Assembly: GCA_963792585.1 (NCBI GenBank)
Contig: CAWBWI010000003.1
Coordinates: 1,056,001-1,120,000 of the forward strand
From: Candidatus Eiseniibacteriota bacterium
GTDB taxonomy: Bacteria > Eisenbacteria > RBG-16-71-46 > CAIMUX01 > VGJL01
Direction of reading: 5' to 3'
DNA: 64,000 nucleotides
Shown: positions 63,317-64,000 of the stretch, one piece after another
Layout: each line of letters opens with the position of its first letter
Numbering within the stretch: position 1 is the first letter of the stretch
Position numbers and translations under genes: made by a program
The notes under the pieces: generated by a model
What the model saw: the letters and a program-made list of their open reading frames with translations, nothing else
Databases searched by the model: none
Told to the model about the DNA's origin: nothing

Positions 63317-64000
63317 TCAGGTCAGGAGCATCGGCTCTCCGAGAATGCTCGAAATGCGGGGACGGTAGTTCTGCGCGTCGTAGTAGCGCTCGACGTCGAC
63401 CTTCCGCTTGCCCGAGATCGCCGTGGCGACCGGCACCACGGCATAGCAGCCTTTCTGCAGCGCGACCATCTCCCCGCGGTGGCCGCCGAGGAGTCGGTCG
63501 TAGGCGAGGTTCCCGAAGTTCGTCGCCACGAGTCGGTCGGTGGAATCGGGTGGGCCGCTGCGCATGAGGTAGGCCAATCTCTGGACGAGGCACTGGCGGC
63601 CGCTGAGTCTCTCGATCTCGACGCCGAGAAGATCCCCGATCCCGCCCAACTTGAGATGCCCGTAGGCGTCGGGCCGGCCGCTCTGGATCCGCGCTCCGCC
63701 CGTCAGCGTCGCCCCTTCGCTCACGACGACGATGGCGTAATGGCTTGGGTTGCGATCCTGATCCTCGCAGAGCAGCCGGCAGAGTCGCTCGACGTCGCAC
63801 GGCACCTCCGAGATCAGGACGCGATCCGCGCTCGCCAGATAGCCCGTGAAGAGGGCCGTTTCGCCGCAATAGCGACCGAACAGCTCGATGACGGCGATCC
63901 GCTCATGCGAACCCGCGGGCGTGCGTAGGTCGATCACGAAGTTCACGCTCCGTGTGACGGCGCTCGAGAAGCCGATGCAGTAGTCGGTTCCCGGGACGTC
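63317..64000 (-). CDS. pfkA: 6-phosphofructokinase family protein (5' part outside window)
   Basis: DVPGTDYCIGFSSAV, SHERIAVIELFGR, VVSEGA, DAYGH.KLGGIG, LAYLMRSG.PDS.DR. Confidence 0.88.
   Translation of the reverse strand, partial: DVPGTDYCIGFSSAVTRSVNFVIDLRTPAGSHERIAVIELFGRYCGETALFTGYLASADRVLISEVPCDVERLCRLLCEDQDRNPSHYAIVVVSEGATLTGGARIQSGRPDAYGHLKLGGIGDLLGVEIERLSGRQCLVQRLAYLMRSGPPDSTDRLVATNFGNLAYDRLLGGHRGEMVALQKGCYAVVPVATAISGKRKVDVERYYDAQNYRPRISSILGEPMLLT

Overview
GC-rich bacterial chromosomal window. It carries many secreted proteins ending in a FlgD-Ig/T9SS-like C-terminal domain, gingipain-like C25 peptidases and TWGxIK-tailed proteins; this repertoire resembles FCB-group candidate phyla such as Ca. 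Eisenbacteria (inference). About 40 genes can be supported: nine secreted CTD proteins (two C25 paralogues, an S8 protease, beta-propellers, a beta-helix, a PLD-family nuclease), a beta-decarboxylating dehydrogenase-citDE-citF operon, citrate synthase, PFK, QueD, CstA, Nfo, CcmH, a DUF222-like HNH protein and several small proteins. Four zones (about 21.4-25.0, 33.0-33.7, 37.4-40.7 and 45.9-47.2 kb) are full of single-base frameshifts that look like long-read assembly errors. Best finds: (1) a hidden TPR-TlpA lipoprotein selenoprotein with in-frame UGA in UGPC and a SECIS-like hairpin; (2) a ~1590-aa acyl-CoA-ligase/helical/kinase-like/GNAT fusion with a shifted catalytic lysine, divergent from citrate synthase; (3) two coexisting C-terminal sorting signals (FlgD-like CTD and TWGxIK/R); (4) a candidate structured RNA leader before a DUF3553-khpA pair; (5) an unannotated 37-aa Lys-rich protein. 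No rRNA, tRNA, CRISPR array or transposase was found.
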